DNA of 64,000 bases from an uncultured virus (IMG/VR IMGVR_UViG_3300021438_000002) (IMGVR_UViG_3300021438_000002), one strand, 5' to 3'; counted from the first letter of the stretch, positions 26,901 through 36,302 are shown. Program-made: numbers and translations. The notes: a model not told the origin generated them from the sequence alone.

Positions 26901-27290
26901 GCTTTGGACATTTCGATGACTCAGGCAGCGGCTAACCCAACTCAGTTGCTTGTTACCGCTGTGCTAAACGGAACTCCTTCTACAAGCACTCCTTGGCTTC
27001 CTTTAACTTCACCTACGTCTAGCCTTGCTCAAATTGCTGATTATTCTGGTGGAACTACTACCGTTACTGGTGGAGAGGTTACTGGTGGATTCTTTGTAGG
27101 AACTACTGGCTCAATCGAACTTGATAAAGTTCGAGACCTTGGAAACTCAATCCTTGGTGGTGGAGGTGCTAACTCAAACTCAGGTATCTATCCTGATGGT
27201 CCTGATACCCTTACCATTGTGGTTAAGAACGTTGGTTTACAGACAGCGACTGTTGTAAGTCGTCTATCTTGGACAGAAGCACAGGCTTAA
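23997..27290 (+). CDS. large virion fibre/structural protein with inserted beta modules
   Basis: Thr/Gly-rich; SLIDTDFEYG, RQTRRYFRYQSGKG, IDYSWYGAG core; several HxLxxGxxIxVxG modules. Confidence 0.7.
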   Translation: MANKVILDTAYTFTPSTKTIVIPKYIARERLIEIVNVTTHHTLYQRYETTLNATSYTAVAASVGVSESTTIVLNRDTTTGLFASTDKLQIIIDEPNVAFTPAEIVMDPTNKHRVTTPQSLIDTDFEYGTQVSKWENLSHTNLRPFAYASATSIVFPASGSNIAPTTAGKRSVTVSTGTTNPSLVAGDVISVQDTLNPIANGVFVVDSIAGTNPYTFTYTARAAFANTNSIFDTFKTVVTKGNLYTNAQIGAAPTIANSGPIVTVTTTIPHGLSLGNEIQVSGITGTNPPNGAFVVSNVINPAQFQYVLDADALTPSGLTTTSAKVYARPQGAVLHRPFDGGVIFSSNGSSNYETTTRQTRRYFRYQSGKGILFSSGTILKPNFQLDGLSYATATNLVTVTTKDQHNLQPGSTIVVSGANEALFNGTVTIYGITGYNKFTYTPTTSSGSDVTASGTYYASIVNWYGAVNRLGIFDQQNGLFFEYDGQTLYAVRRNSTYQVTGRVDVVSGSVNVTANASFPTAFSKQLTPGDFVVLRGQSYRVDSIISDNALTISPAYRGGDDVVAANLTKTVDTRVAQSQWNLDRMDGTGPSGYNIDLSRMQMFYIDYSWYGAGFIRWGLRGANGDVTYVHKMQNNNVNFEAYMRSGNLPGRYESSTLPPKTALTTGFSSGVTTLPVTSTAGFPSSGTLVVKGGTFAFTPATITSSSGNGTTITHLTTTTLTTGQVVNISGCSIPAYNGTFVVTGASAGVNFTVAGKTQGASTGGSAQAAGFEHINYTGITSTSFTGVTRALAGVTAGTTVTMNVGANSGTVSSASGIQVGQRVISATSTAAFPDGTFVTAINGTTITFSQALTGSKANPANPTVIFQPMSITSATTFLTGATNPGAVELAYPTYAPTISHWGTSVIMDGRFDDDKSLLFTYGQTAVTTVTAGSTAALMSIRVAPSVDNGRAAAFGQRDLVNRMQLVLRALDISMTQAAANPTQLLVTAVLNGTPSTSTPWLPLTSPTSSLAQIADYSGGTTTVTGGEVTGGFFVGTTGSIELDKVRDLGNSILGGGGANSNSGIYPDGPDTLTIVVKNVGLQTATVVSRLSWTEAQA

Positions 27291-27308
27291 AACCTAGCGA
27301 GGGCGACC

Positions 27309-27989
27309 ATGCCAAGAAAAACACAGATACAAGTACGTAGAGATACTGCTGCCGAATGGACTAGAGTCAACCCTATCTTGGCGTCAGGCGAATCTGGATT
27401 CGAGATGGACACAGGTCGTACCAAGATTGGTAACGGCACGTCTACATGGAGCCAGTTAGGTTATCAAAACCTGCCCTTCTATGGAGCCTTTGAAGACACA
27501 ACTACTCAGACTATTGCTGCCGTAGACGTAGCGTATCCGATGAAGTTAAACACTACGGATTACGCCAACGGAATCTCCATAGCCTCAGATGGAACCAACC
27601 CAACTAGGATAACTTTCTCCACTGCTGGCACCTATAACCTCCAATGGTCTGGACAGTTTGTTAACTTTGATACTGGAAAGATTCCGATTGACATAGCGGT
27701 TTGGCTTCGTAAAAACGGTACTGACATTGCAGGAAGCACTGGTCACATTACTGTTCCTGCTAGGTACCTTAAAGGTGCAACAAACATTGATGGTTCCACC
27801 ATTGCTGGCTGGAACTTCTTTGTCAGAGTTGCGGCTGGTGATTACATCCAAATCATGTGGCATGCCGATAGCACCAACTTAAAGATTGCAGGGGTAGATT
27901 ACTACCCAGCCTTGTCATACTCTGCAGGTGTAACGCCTGCTCTTCCAGGAACTGCCTCCGTAGTAGTGACTGTAAGCCACGTCGCTTAG
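27309..27989 (+). CDS. fibre protein with Mtd-N/hyaluronidase-N-like anchor
   Basis: IQVRRDTAAEW...NPILASGE.GFE.DT...KIGNG...WSQL; C1q/TNF-like tip. Confidence 0.7.
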   Translation: MPRKTQIQVRRDTAAEWTRVNPILASGESGFEMDTGRTKIGNGTSTWSQLGYQNLPFYGAFEDTTTQTIAAVDVAYPMKLNTTDYANGISIASDGTNPTRITFSTAGTYNLQWSGQFVNFDTGKIPIDIAVWLRKNGTDIAGSTGHITVPARYLKGATNIDGSTIAGWNFFVRVAAGDYIQIMWHADSTNLKIAGVDYYPALSYSAGVTPALPGTASVVVTVSHVA

Positions 27990-28042
27990 GCAGACATTTA
28001 CGCCTGAATCAGGCAAACTAGATACAAGATTTAGGAGTCATT

Positions 28043-29047
28043 ATGGCTAACGCATCAAGAATACAAATACGTAAAGACACTGCCGCTAACTGGACCAGTG
28101 CGGCTCCTACCCTAGCCAATGGTGAATTGGGTTTAGAAACTGATAGTCAAACTATTAGAATTGGTGATGGAACCAGTACTTGGGCAAATTTGCCTACTGC
28201 AATTCAGGGAAACACTCAATACAAACTTCTTACTAGTCAAGACAGCATTACTACTGCTTCTCAAGCACAGTTATTCCCAAGTACTAACTTCAAATTTGAT
28301 GCCAACAGTACCTATGAAATTGAACTTTCTGCAGTACTAACGATTATTAGCCCACCTGCGGGAACATCACTAAACTCTGGAGATGGGTACTTGAGTTTTA
28401 GATTCAGGGACTTAGCAAATGCTGCTTCATACGTTGGTGGCACAGGCGGTGTTTCTAGAAACTACTTAACTTTGGCTATTTCTCCTAACGCAACAACAGT
28501 TATTCCAGGAATGATTGCTCGTGTGTCTGGTGCTGACATTGGAAACGTTACTGCTAATGACGGTGCAGGAACAATTACATTAGACACATTTGTCACGGTT
28601 GCCACAGGAACCACTATTTCTTTTTATTGTTTGGCTCCAACATTTGTTGAGTTAACTGCAGAAAGTGCACCAGAAGTAATCGTTTCAAGTTCTACTCCAG
28701 CAGCAGGTTGGACTGTGTATTCTTCTTCTGGAACTCCAGGAACTAGCGGATTTGGAGGAACTGGAAAAGTAACTCAAGTCAGCCTTAGAGAATTTGGCGT
28801 TAAAAGTGGAATGCTAGTATTAGCAAACCAGTTAAATACGGCAACCAACCAGTCAATACGTTGGTCCTTAAAAGTTAAAGGCGTAATCAAGACCAGCACT
28901 ACGCCAATTAACTTTTGGTCACCAATGATTGTTTGGTATAACTCAACTACTATTACGACCTATGTTCAAGCGTACATCGAAGCAGGGTCATACATGAAGA
29001 TTACAGAACTTCCAACAGCCACTACAGTTGGTTCTGGCTGGTACTAA
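28043..29047 (+). CDS. second fibre protein with Mtd-N-like anchor
   Basis: IQIRKDTAANW...PTLANGELGLETD...RIGDG...WANL. Confidence 0.7.
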   Translation: MANASRIQIRKDTAANWTSAAPTLANGELGLETDSQTIRIGDGTSTWANLPTAIQGNTQYKLLTSQDSITTASQAQLFPSTNFKFDANSTYEIELSAVLTIISPPAGTSLNSGDGYLSFRFRDLANAASYVGGTGGVSRNYLTLAISPNATTVIPGMIARVSGADIGNVTANDGAGTITLDTFVTVATGTTISFYCLAPTFVELTAESAPEVIVSSSTPAAGWTVYSSSGTPGTSGFGGTGKVTQVSLREFGVKSGMLVLANQLNTATNQSIRWSLKVKGVIKTSTTPINFWSPMIVWYNSTTITTYVQAYIEAGSYMKITELPTATTVGSGWY

Positions 29048-29655
29048 TGAGAGGGTCTAGTCCACAGGGCAGATTTAGCATTGACTACGAAGCGGCGTCA
29101 ATTTATGAAGGCATTGCCGATGACATGGGCAGACCTATTGGTACCGATGTTGACTGGTGGCAGTGGGAAGAGACTTCTTTCCAAACTACCTATCGTGCAG
29201 TGGTAGATGACATCTACGATGTCTCTAGTGCTGTCTATGGAGGTGGTCGTCGCTGGTCTTTGCCATTCAAGATGCCTGTGCTCATGGCTCAGTTGATTCG
29301 TTCAACTAACGTCATGAACGAACGTGGTTTCTATGTAACCGATACTCTTCGTCTAGTACTCAATGCTGGCGATGCTGAAAGACTTTTGCCTACTCTGCTT
29401 AGTAACTCAACCATGCACATCAAAGACCGTGTGGTCTATCGTGGTGAAGTATTCGTACCAACCCGTGTATTGCCTCGTGGTTCTTTTGCTAACCGTTGGG
29501 CTGTAGTAACTATCGACTGCAACCAGATGAATGCAGACGAATTAGTAAACGACCCACAGTTCCAAATCTACGCATCTCCTTCGGTGCGTGACCCTGAAAA
29601 TGACCCTTATGGCTATGGCTTACTCGGCTATGGTCAGACCCCTTATGGAGATTAA
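29047..29655 (+). CDS. putative head-closure/neck protein
   Basis: Position; DRVVYRGEVF beta-barrel-like motif. Confidence 0.5.
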   Translation: MRGSSPQGRFSIDYEAASIYEGIADDMGRPIGTDVDWWQWEETSFQTTYRAVVDDIYDVSSAVYGGGRRWSLPFKMPVLMAQLIRSTNVMNERGFYVTDTLRLVLNAGDAERLLPTLLSNSTMHIKDRVVYRGEVFVPTRVLPRGSFANRWAVVTIDCNQMNADELVNDPQFQIYASPSVRDPENDPYGYGLLGYGQTPYGD

Positions 29656-30504
29656 ATGACCGTTATACTTCCTGCCGTTGGCGATAACAACTGGGGCACT
29701 ACCCTAAACACAGCCGTATCTGGCGTAGACACTAGAGTGACTTCACTGGAATCAACCATTGTTTTAAAGTCTCCCTTAATCTCTCCGTCATTTACTACCC
29801 CTAGTTTGGGTGTGGCTACTGCTACCAGCATCAACAAGGTTACCCTTACTGCTCCAGCAACCAGTTCTACTTTGACTATTGCTGATGGAAAAGTGCTTAC
29901 TGTAAACAACACTATTACTCTAAGTTCGTCCACTGACGGGAACTCTTTAAACATTGGTACTGGAGGAACCCTAGGGACTGGGGCGTTTGCTACTGCCCCA
30001 ATACTTACCAGTGGAATTGGAACAACTGGTGGTTATGCCGCAACTACTAACTACCCACTATTCCCTGCTGCAAATGATACCTTGAGTTTGGCAGTGGGTA
30101 CTTACAAGATTGAACTATCAATGCAGTTAGATGTCGTTGGCTCAACTACTACTGCTGCCTTGTACTTTAGCCCTCGTGGTGCTGGAACTGCTGTGGGTAC
30201 ACTCACGTTTACTTCTCTAGGAACTACCACCCAATACGGCACTACTACCCAGATTTACACCAGCCTAATCGCTGCTTCTGGGGTTGCTCAGGTTACTAAC
30301 TCTGCAACAGGAAATCCTAGAAACTATCTTGTTAGAGGAACAGGAATTTTGCGAATAACAACTGCTGGAACAATTATTCCTAGTTACCAGTTCAGTGCAA
30401 CACTCACAGGGGCTAGTAGTTCTACTCTTTATGCCGATAACTACCTGCTTATTACACCACTCTCAACTTCAGCAACAGCGGCATCTACGGGTAGTTGGTC
30501 TTAA
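29656..30504 (+). CDS. fibre-like virion protein
   Basis: LPAVGDNNWGTTLN N terminus; SP.FTTP.LG shaft repeat; Thr/Ser-rich. Confidence 0.6.
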   Translation: MTVILPAVGDNNWGTTLNTAVSGVDTRVTSLESTIVLKSPLISPSFTTPSLGVATATSINKVTLTAPATSSTLTIADGKVLTVNNTITLSSSTDGNSLNIGTGGTLGTGAFATAPILTSGIGTTGGYAATTNYPLFPAANDTLSLAVGTYKIELSMQLDVVGSTTTAALYFSPRGAGTAVGTLTFTSLGTTTQYGTTTQIYTSLIAASGVAQVTNSATGNPRNYLVRGTGILRITTAGTIIPSYQFSATLTGASSSTLYADNYLLITPLSTSATAASTGSWS

Positions 30505-30506
30505 TA

Positions 30507-30635
30507 ATGCCTTTCTTATCACAAGCACAAAGAGCCTGGATGTGGGCTAACAAGCCAAAGATGGCTAAGGAATGGGAAGCCGCTACCCCTAAAGGTAAGA
30601 AACTTCCAAAGCGAGTTAAGCAAAATGGTAAGTAA
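30507..30635 (+). CDS. basic micro-protein MPFLSQAQRAWMWANKP... (42 aa)
   Basis: Read by hand. Confidence 0.6.
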   Translation: MPFLSQAQRAWMWANKPKMAKEWEAATPKGKKLPKRVKQNGK

Positions 30636-30843
30636 GATTTTGACTAAACTGGAACCTGCTCCAGTAGCGTATCCTAATGGAGGTGGACTAAAGAACATGG
30701 CTAACGGAAATAGTAAACGCCAGAAACTTGAGCGTGAGGCTTTGCTAAAACAGCATGAAGTAGAGATTGCTAAACTGGCTGAGAAGCACGCTAACGAAAA
30801 CAAACCAAAAGCAACAGCAAAGAGGTCAACAAGTGGCAAGTGA
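30625..30843 (+). CDS. small basic protein
   Basis: ORF track. Confidence 0.55.
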   Translation: MVSKILTKLEPAPVAYPNGGGLKNMANGNSKRQKLEREALLKQHEVEIAKLAEKHANENKPKATAKRSTSGK

Positions 30844-31141
30844 AGCATGGCAGAAAAAAGCAGGTAAGAATCCTAAAGGCGGACTCAATGAAAAAGGGCG
30901 TAAATCCTATGAGCGTGCCAATCCAGGTTCTGACCTTAAGGCTCCAGTAAAGAAGGGCAATAACCCTCGTAGAGCCTCGTTCTTGGCTCGTATGGGTGGT
31001 TCCCCTGGTCCAGAGCGTAAGCCTAATGGAGAACCAACAAGACTTCTACTATCCCTCCAAGCATGGGGTGCCAGTAGCAAGGCGGATGCCAAAAGCAAAG
31101 CAGCCGCAATTCGTAAAGCAAACCAGGGAAAGGGTAACTAA
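30833..31141 (+). CDS. basic DUF6321-like protein
   Basis: AWQKKAGKNPKGGLNEKGRKSY...RRASFLARM; GTG start at 30833 with SD GAGG. Confidence 0.65.
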   Translation: MASEAWQKKAGKNPKGGLNEKGRKSYERANPGSDLKAPVKKGNNPRRASFLARMGGSPGPERKPNGEPTRLLLSLQAWGASSKADAKSKAAAIRKANQGKGN

Positions 31142-31206
31142 TGCCTGAATGTAAATGCGACAACTGTGGTTGTGGCAAGAAAGAAGAGTCAAATGGCAGC
31201 ATGTAA
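31141..31206 (+). CDS. Cys-rich micro-peptide MPECKCDNCGCGKKEESNGSM
   Basis: Read by hand; TAATG coupling. Confidence 0.45.
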   Translation: MPECKCDNCGCGKKEESNGSM

Positions 31207-31264
31207 GTGCGGTAAGTGTGGTCCTTGTAAGACCGCAAAGTCTAAGAAGGCTAAGAAGAAGTAA
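31193..31264 (+). CDS. Cys/Lys micro-peptide MAACKCGKCGPCKTAKSKKAKKK
   Basis: Read by hand; its stop overlaps the next ATG. Confidence 0.45.
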   Translation: MAACKCGKCGPCKTAKSKKAKKK

Positions 31265-31431
31265 TGGCTATGTCAGACAAAGAACAAGACAAGAAGAGCA
31301 TGAAGGGTATGACCCCTGCTCAAAAGGCTAAGTTCAAGAAGGCAGACAAGAAGATGGACAAGAAGCCTATGTCCAGAGCAGCCGATACCAAGAAGGACAA
31401 CGCTCTAGCCAAGAAAATTAAAGGCAAGTAG
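31264..31431 (+). CDS. Lys-rich micro-protein (55 aa)
   Basis: Read by hand: MAMSDKEQDKKSMKGMTPAQKAKFKKADKK... Confidence 0.6.
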   Translation: MAMSDKEQDKKSMKGMTPAQKAKFKKADKKMDKKPMSRAADTKKDNALAKKIKGK

Positions 31432-31448
31432 TAAAACTTCTATAGATT

Positions 31449-31476
31449 AACCCTGACAATGTCAGGGTTTTTCTTT
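31449..31476 (+). terminator. intrinsic terminator overlapping the next promoter
   Basis: AACCCTGAC-AAT-GTCAGGGTT followed by TTTCTTT; CTGACA-N17-TATCCT overlaps it. Confidence 0.65.
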
Positions 31477-31546
31477 ATCCTTAGAGGGTAGTCATCCGTG
31501 CGGATGACTATTAGCACACGCTAACCTGCTCCTGTAATAAGGATTT

Positions 31547-31759
31547 TTGCTGATGTTGAACAACAAGCCGTGGTGGGAACAAGTCAATGACTTTGACACT
31601 CACAACGAACGGGAAGAGTTCCTTGAAGGTGTCCGCCGTACTGGTGGAACAGCCTACTTGAGACCCTCCTACACTCGCCAAGCCAAAATGCTTGGATGGG
31701 TAGCAGGTTACCGTAGCCGAAAGTTTGACCAGCCAAAATCTCACACAGGTAAGAAGTAG
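31547..31759 (+). CDS. hypothetical protein
   Basis: ORF track; SD AAGGA. Confidence 0.5.
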   Translation: MLMLNNKPWWEQVNDFDTHNEREEFLEGVRRTGGTAYLRPSYTRQAKMLGWVAGYRSRKFDQPKSHTGKK

Positions 31760-32072
31760 CGTGGAAGCAGTAATAGCAGCCCTACACTCAGCAGCACATA
31801 ACGCAGCGTCATACATGACGGAAGACTTGCGTAATAAAGCCCTGTCTGCTGGCTGGCATCCTGACGTTACGGAGAATCTCCACGTCACTTTTAATGGCAA
31901 AACTTTCTCTAGCCATGTACACCCAGATTTCCATGAACGTGCTTTTACCCACGAGTTTGGTAAAGAGGGTGTTCCACCTACTAACGTGCTCCGTAAGTTT
32001 TCCCAGAGTCATGGAGATGGCGAACGTTCTTTCCTCCTTAACTTCCATAAGCATGTTGGGGGACTTAAATGA
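31725..32072 (+). CDS. putative tail completion protein
   Basis: Position before the tail terminator; HEFG...PP..VLR motif. Confidence 0.5.
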   Translation: MTSQNLTQVRSSVEAVIAALHSAAHNAASYMTEDLRNKALSAGWHPDVTENLHVTFNGKTFSSHVHPDFHERAFTHEFGKEGVPPTNVLRKFSQSHGDGERSFLLNFHKHVGGLK

Positions 32073-32752
32073 GTTTTCTATTAGGTGAAGACCAAGCCCT
32101 AAAACTTCGTTTGCAGGGCATGACTGTTACTGACCAAAAGGCTACTGGAGATAACTTCAATCGTCAGGTTGCTGTTTGGTTTGGATTCCCTGACCAGGAA
32201 ATCCGTGCTCAATCCTACCCATACGTTACTATTGAAATGATTGACATTCAGCATGACGCTGGTCGTGAAATGCGTGGCACCACTGACGCAGACTACCTAA
32301 TCCCTGCAGATGTTACCGTTTCATCTGACACCACTTACGTTCTTGATTACCCTATTCCTGTCAACATCGATTACCAAGTTACAACCTATTCCCGTAATCC
32401 GTTACACGACAGACAAATAGTTCAGCAGTTACTATTCAAAAAACTGCCTCACAGATTTGGCTACCTAGAGATTCCAGAGAAGAGTGTTACGGTCGGAACT
32501 ACGACTACTAATACAATTACTGTGCGTCGCATGGATGTCATGGATGTTTCCAAAAGAGACATCGTGGAACAGGGTAAACGCCTGTACCAAAATGTAGTTA
32601 CTGTTCGAGTCTCGTCAGAGGTTTCAAACCACGAGTTCGAGGCAACAACTAGTTACAAAGTTAAAACTATCGACCTCAAGACTCATCAGGGTCTTACCGC
32701 TACTACAAGTCCTTACACTCGGTTCCCCCTCCATAATCAATCACCCTTCTAA
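32069..32752 (+). CDS. tail terminator-like protein
   Basis: YPYVTIEMID...PIPVNIDYQVTTYSR; immediately upstream of the sheath gene. Confidence 0.65.
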   Translation: MSFLLGEDQALKLRLQGMTVTDQKATGDNFNRQVAVWFGFPDQEIRAQSYPYVTIEMIDIQHDAGREMRGTTDADYLIPADVTVSSDTTYVLDYPIPVNIDYQVTTYSRNPLHDRQIVQQLLFKKLPHRFGYLEIPEKSVTVGTTTTNTITVRRMDVMDVSKRDIVEQGKRLYQNVVTVRVSSEVSNHEFEATTSYKVKTIDLKTHQGLTATTSPYTRFPLHNQSPF

Positions 32753-32768
32753 CTAAGGAGAAACACAA

Positions 32769-34799
32769 ATGGCGGTATACAAACGCCCTGGAGTTTATGT
32801 AAATGAACTCGCAAGTTACGCTGCACCAATTGCAGACGTCGGTAGTGCTAACGCTGCTGGTGCTGTGGTCGCTGCATTCCCTCAAGGTCCAAGCACCGTT
32901 ACTAAAGTATCCTCATGGTTTGAATTTAAAAAACTATTTGGTGAACTAAACCCTGCTTATCCATCGACTTACTCAGTAAACCAATACTTCAATAACGGAG
33001 GTGCTGACCTTTACGTTCGTCGTATTCTCAACACTACTAACACAAGCGGTTTGTCTAATGCTACTGCCGCAAGAGCGGGTGTTAACAACCTCAAGACTAG
33101 TGCTTCCAACATGTTCTATTGGGTAGCCAAGAACTTGGGTAAAGACGGAAACCAACTTAAAGTAAAGTTGGAGAAGTCATCAACTATTGGTTGGAACGCA
33201 AACTACAAGCCAGATGGTGTGACTGCTGCTGCAAACACAGGTGCGTATGACATCTCTATCTACCGTAACTACAACGGTGTAGACACTCTGCTTGAGCAAT
33301 TCTTTGGTGTGTTCTTTAGCACCCAGGTTGCTGGTGAAGACATTAAGTTGTCGCCAGACTATGCTCCTACTGTTCTGAACTACGGTTCAAACTTTGTAAG
33401 CATTGCCAACTTGGACTTTAACATTCAGTTAGGCACCGTATCAAGTGCTGCAACTGACGTCTATGAACCTGTTCTTGCTACATCAACTCTGTCGGGGGCT
33501 ATTGGAAATACTCCATACGCTTACTCAGACTGGATTGGTGGCTCAGTTGCAACAGGTACTGTGGCACTTACTTCGATTGCTTGGGTATCTGCAACAAGTG
33601 CTACCGCAACGTACTCTAACGCTACCCAGTTAGCGGTAGTAGGTCAGACACTTACTCTTTCAGGAGTAACAGGAACTAACAACACATACAACCAGACTGT
33701 AGTTGTAACTGCTATCGGTGGTTCTTCAACTCCGTTTACTTTCACGTTTACCCCAACCACAACTGCTTTTGTTAACGTGGCAGGTGCTGCTGGTGTAGTA
33801 ACAGGGTTTACAAACACATGGGACTTTGGAACAGCAGGAACTTACTCCAGCACCAAGAACACCATCATCAGCGAGTTCTTGACTGTAAACCAGCCATTAG
33901 TATTCTGGTTTCCTGACCTGATTACTCGTGCAGGAGCAAACAGCATGTGGGATAGCAACGTCGCAAACGTATACAACAAGTACATTGACTTCTCTGCTAA
34001 CGGAACTGGTAATCAACAGGGTGTCACTATCAAGCACTTTGTTATTGTGGAGACAGGTTACACTACTGCTAACTCAGGTGGAAACTCAAGCAATGCGGTT
34101 ACTCTTGCACTTGGTGCTGCTGATGACATTACTGCAAATGCTCAGGCTGCTGTGTACTTCCCATCAATTTACATTCGTGATGCGGCTGGAAACTCAGGTT
34201 CGTCAATTCGTTTGATGGGTCCTTCTGGTGCTGTTGCAGGTCTATACCTAAACACTGACCGTACCGTTGGTCCATGGAAGAGCCCTGCAGGTATTACTGC
34301 AAAGATTGTGGATGCGGCTGCTCTAGAACACTCATTTACTAATGATGAGTTGGACCTACTAAACATAGGTAACTTGACCAGCAATGCCTACTATCCAGTA
34401 AACGCTATCCGTAATCTTCCTGGTGCTGGCGTAGTGGTAATGGGTGCTCGTACTCTAAAGCAAGATGGAACCGCAAACCGCTATGTGGCTATGCGTCGTT
34501 CCCTTACTTACATCGAGAAGAACCTAAACGACCTATCGTTGTTTGCGTTGTTCGAGAGTAACGACGAAGTTCTGTGGTCACGTCTCAAGACAGTTCTTGG
34601 TAACTTCTTGAACAACTACCGTAACCAAGGTGGTCTACGTGGTGAAAAGGCAGACGATGCCTTCTTCATCAAGATTGACACAGACAACAACACCCCAGCA
34701 ACCATTGCTGCAGGTGAGGTCCACATCGAAGTTGGTGTTGCTCTTGAGTACCCAGCCGAGTTCATTGTTATCAACCTCAGTCAAAAGACTGCAATTTAA
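32769..34799 (+). CDS. tail sheath protein
   Basis: YKRPGVYVNE, YFNNGG, PSGAVAG, KSPAG, GARTL, RYVAMRR, PAEFIVI. Confidence 0.93.
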   Translation: MAVYKRPGVYVNELASYAAPIADVGSANAAGAVVAAFPQGPSTVTKVSSWFEFKKLFGELNPAYPSTYSVNQYFNNGGADLYVRRILNTTNTSGLSNATAARAGVNNLKTSASNMFYWVAKNLGKDGNQLKVKLEKSSTIGWNANYKPDGVTAAANTGAYDISIYRNYNGVDTLLEQFFGVFFSTQVAGEDIKLSPDYAPTVLNYGSNFVSIANLDFNIQLGTVSSAATDVYEPVLATSTLSGAIGNTPYAYSDWIGGSVATGTVALTSIAWVSATSATATYSNATQLAVVGQTLTLSGVTGTNNTYNQTVVVTAIGGSSTPFTFTFTPTTTAFVNVAGAAGVVTGFTNTWDFGTAGTYSSTKNTIISEFLTVNQPLVFWFPDLITRAGANSMWDSNVANVYNKYIDFSANGTGNQQGVTIKHFVIVETGYTTANSGGNSSNAVTLALGAADDITANAQAAVYFPSIYIRDAAGNSGSSIRLMGPSGAVAGLYLNTDRTVGPWKSPAGITAKIVDAAALEHSFTNDELDLLNIGNLTSNAYYPVNAIRNLPGAGVVVMGARTLKQDGTANRYVAMRRSLTYIEKNLNDLSLFALFESNDEVLWSRLKTVLGNFLNNYRNQGGLRGEKADDAFFIKIDTDNNTPATIAAGEVHIEVGVALEYPAEFIVINLSQKTAI

Positions 34800-34818
34800 T
34801 CCGAAGGAAACATAAACG

Positions 34819-35445
34819 ATGGCTACTATCATCAACAACCGTTCTCAACTTGAGACCGACCCAATCAGAAACTTTAGGTTCCTGGTTACATTCCAGCCAC
34901 AGCAAACCTCTAACAGCCCTTTGATGAAAACATCAAAGGTTGCTATTGGTTTCACCTCGGTATCGGGTTTGTCAGTAACCACTGACTCAATCCCTTACCG
35001 TGAAGGTGGCTACAACACCACTGTCCACCAGATTCCAGGTCAGACTTCATTCTCTCCTGTAACTCTACAGCGTGGTGTTATCCTAGGTACCTCACAGCAC
35101 TGGGACTGGATGCGTAAACTATTCGCAACTGTTCAGGCTAACGGTACTACCGCTGCTGGTCAGAATGAGAACTTCCGTTGCGACCTTGAGATTGCTGTGC
35201 TATCGCACCCAATCCCAGGCTCAGGTGGAACTACCGAACTAACTGGTGCTAACAACAATGGAACCTCAACCGACCATGTTGCTATGCGATTCAAGGTTTA
35301 CAACGCATGGATTACTTCTATTGCGTACTCAGACCTAAACGCTGGTGACAACGCTATTCTGGTAGAGCAGATGACTCTAGTCCACGAAGGCTTCGATGTT
35401 AACTGGGCTCCAGACCTAACCACAAAGGCACTAGCCTTTAAATAA
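34819..35445 (+). CDS. tail tube protein, T4 gp19-like
   Basis: DPIRNFRFLV, GFTSVSGL, YREGG, PGQT, VTLQRG, NAW...LNA. Confidence 0.92.
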   Translation: MATIINNRSQLETDPIRNFRFLVTFQPQQTSNSPLMKTSKVAIGFTSVSGLSVTTDSIPYREGGYNTTVHQIPGQTSFSPVTLQRGVILGTSQHWDWMRKLFATVQANGTTAAGQNENFRCDLEIAVLSHPIPGSGGTTELTGANNNGTSTDHVAMRFKVYNAWITSIAYSDLNAGDNAILVEQMTLVHEGFDVNWAPDLTTKALAFK

Positions 35446-35467
35446 CCCTCACTAAAGGAAAACTCAC

Positions 35468-36280
35468 ATGGTAGAACAAACATTTAACGCAGCAACTAAC
35501 CCAAACTTGGCTAATGACTTGATTGGAAAAGCAACTGCAGAACAGAACAACACACCAGCAAAAGCCGAAATAACCCCTCCTTCGGATACCTTGGTGAACC
35601 TCCCTGCTGGATACGTAAGTCCAGACGGGGAGGTCATCAAGACCGCAGAAGTTCGAGAACTCAATGGTAAAGACGAAGAGTTCTTGAGTAAGACACCAAC
35701 TATTGGTAAGGCACTGAACACTGTGCTAAACCGAGCCGTAGTAAGTATTGGTAACATTCCTGCTACGGAAAAGATTCTAGACTCACTCCTGGCTGGTGAC
35801 CGAGATTCCTTGCTTATAGGAATTTACCGTGCCACCTTTGGAACTACCGCAGAAATGGGTGTTCTATGTCAGGGGTGTAATGACATCAAGGTAGTAGGCA
35901 TTGATGTTAATGAGGACATCAAGACTAAGGTCTTGCTTGACCCTGCTGACCGCACATTCACTGTGGAAGGTAAGAAGGGCGAGTTCCTAGTCACACTTCC
36001 TACTGGAGCAACGCAGCGTGAGTTAATCTCTAATCCTGATAGGACATTAGCAGAACTTCAGACAGTTATTTTGGAGCACTGCATTATGGAGATTAATGGA
36101 GCACCCGTGGTAAGCAAGCAACAGGTTCTAAACCTAGGGCTTGTAGACCGCCGCAAACTCTTAGAAGAAATTACATCTCGCAACCCTGGTCCACAATTCG
36201 ATAACATTACGGTCACCTGTCCCGACTGTGAGGGAAAGGTAGAAGTTCCGATTAGTCTCGGGGCTTTGTTTCGAATCTAG
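35468..36280 (+). CDS. tail/baseplate hub assembly chaperone, T4 gp26-like
   Basis: VRELNGKDEE, GDRDSLLIGI, two CxxC pairs; lies between tube and tape measure genes. Confidence 0.75.
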   Translation: MVEQTFNAATNPNLANDLIGKATAEQNNTPAKAEITPPSDTLVNLPAGYVSPDGEVIKTAEVRELNGKDEEFLSKTPTIGKALNTVLNRAVVSIGNIPATEKILDSLLAGDRDSLLIGIYRATFGTTAEMGVLCQGCNDIKVVGIDVNEDIKTKVLLDPADRTFTVEGKKGEFLVTLPTGATQRELISNPDRTLAELQTVILEHCIMEINGAPVVSKQQVLNLGLVDRRKLLEEITSRNPGPQFDNITVTCPDCEGKVEVPISLGALFRI

Positions 36281-36302
36281 TCGCCTAGATTACGAAGCAC
36301 TG

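Noticed and set aside
27309..29047. Diversity-generating retroelement suggested by the Mtd-N-like domains
   Set aside because: No reverse transcriptase and no TR/VR pair differing at adenines found in the window
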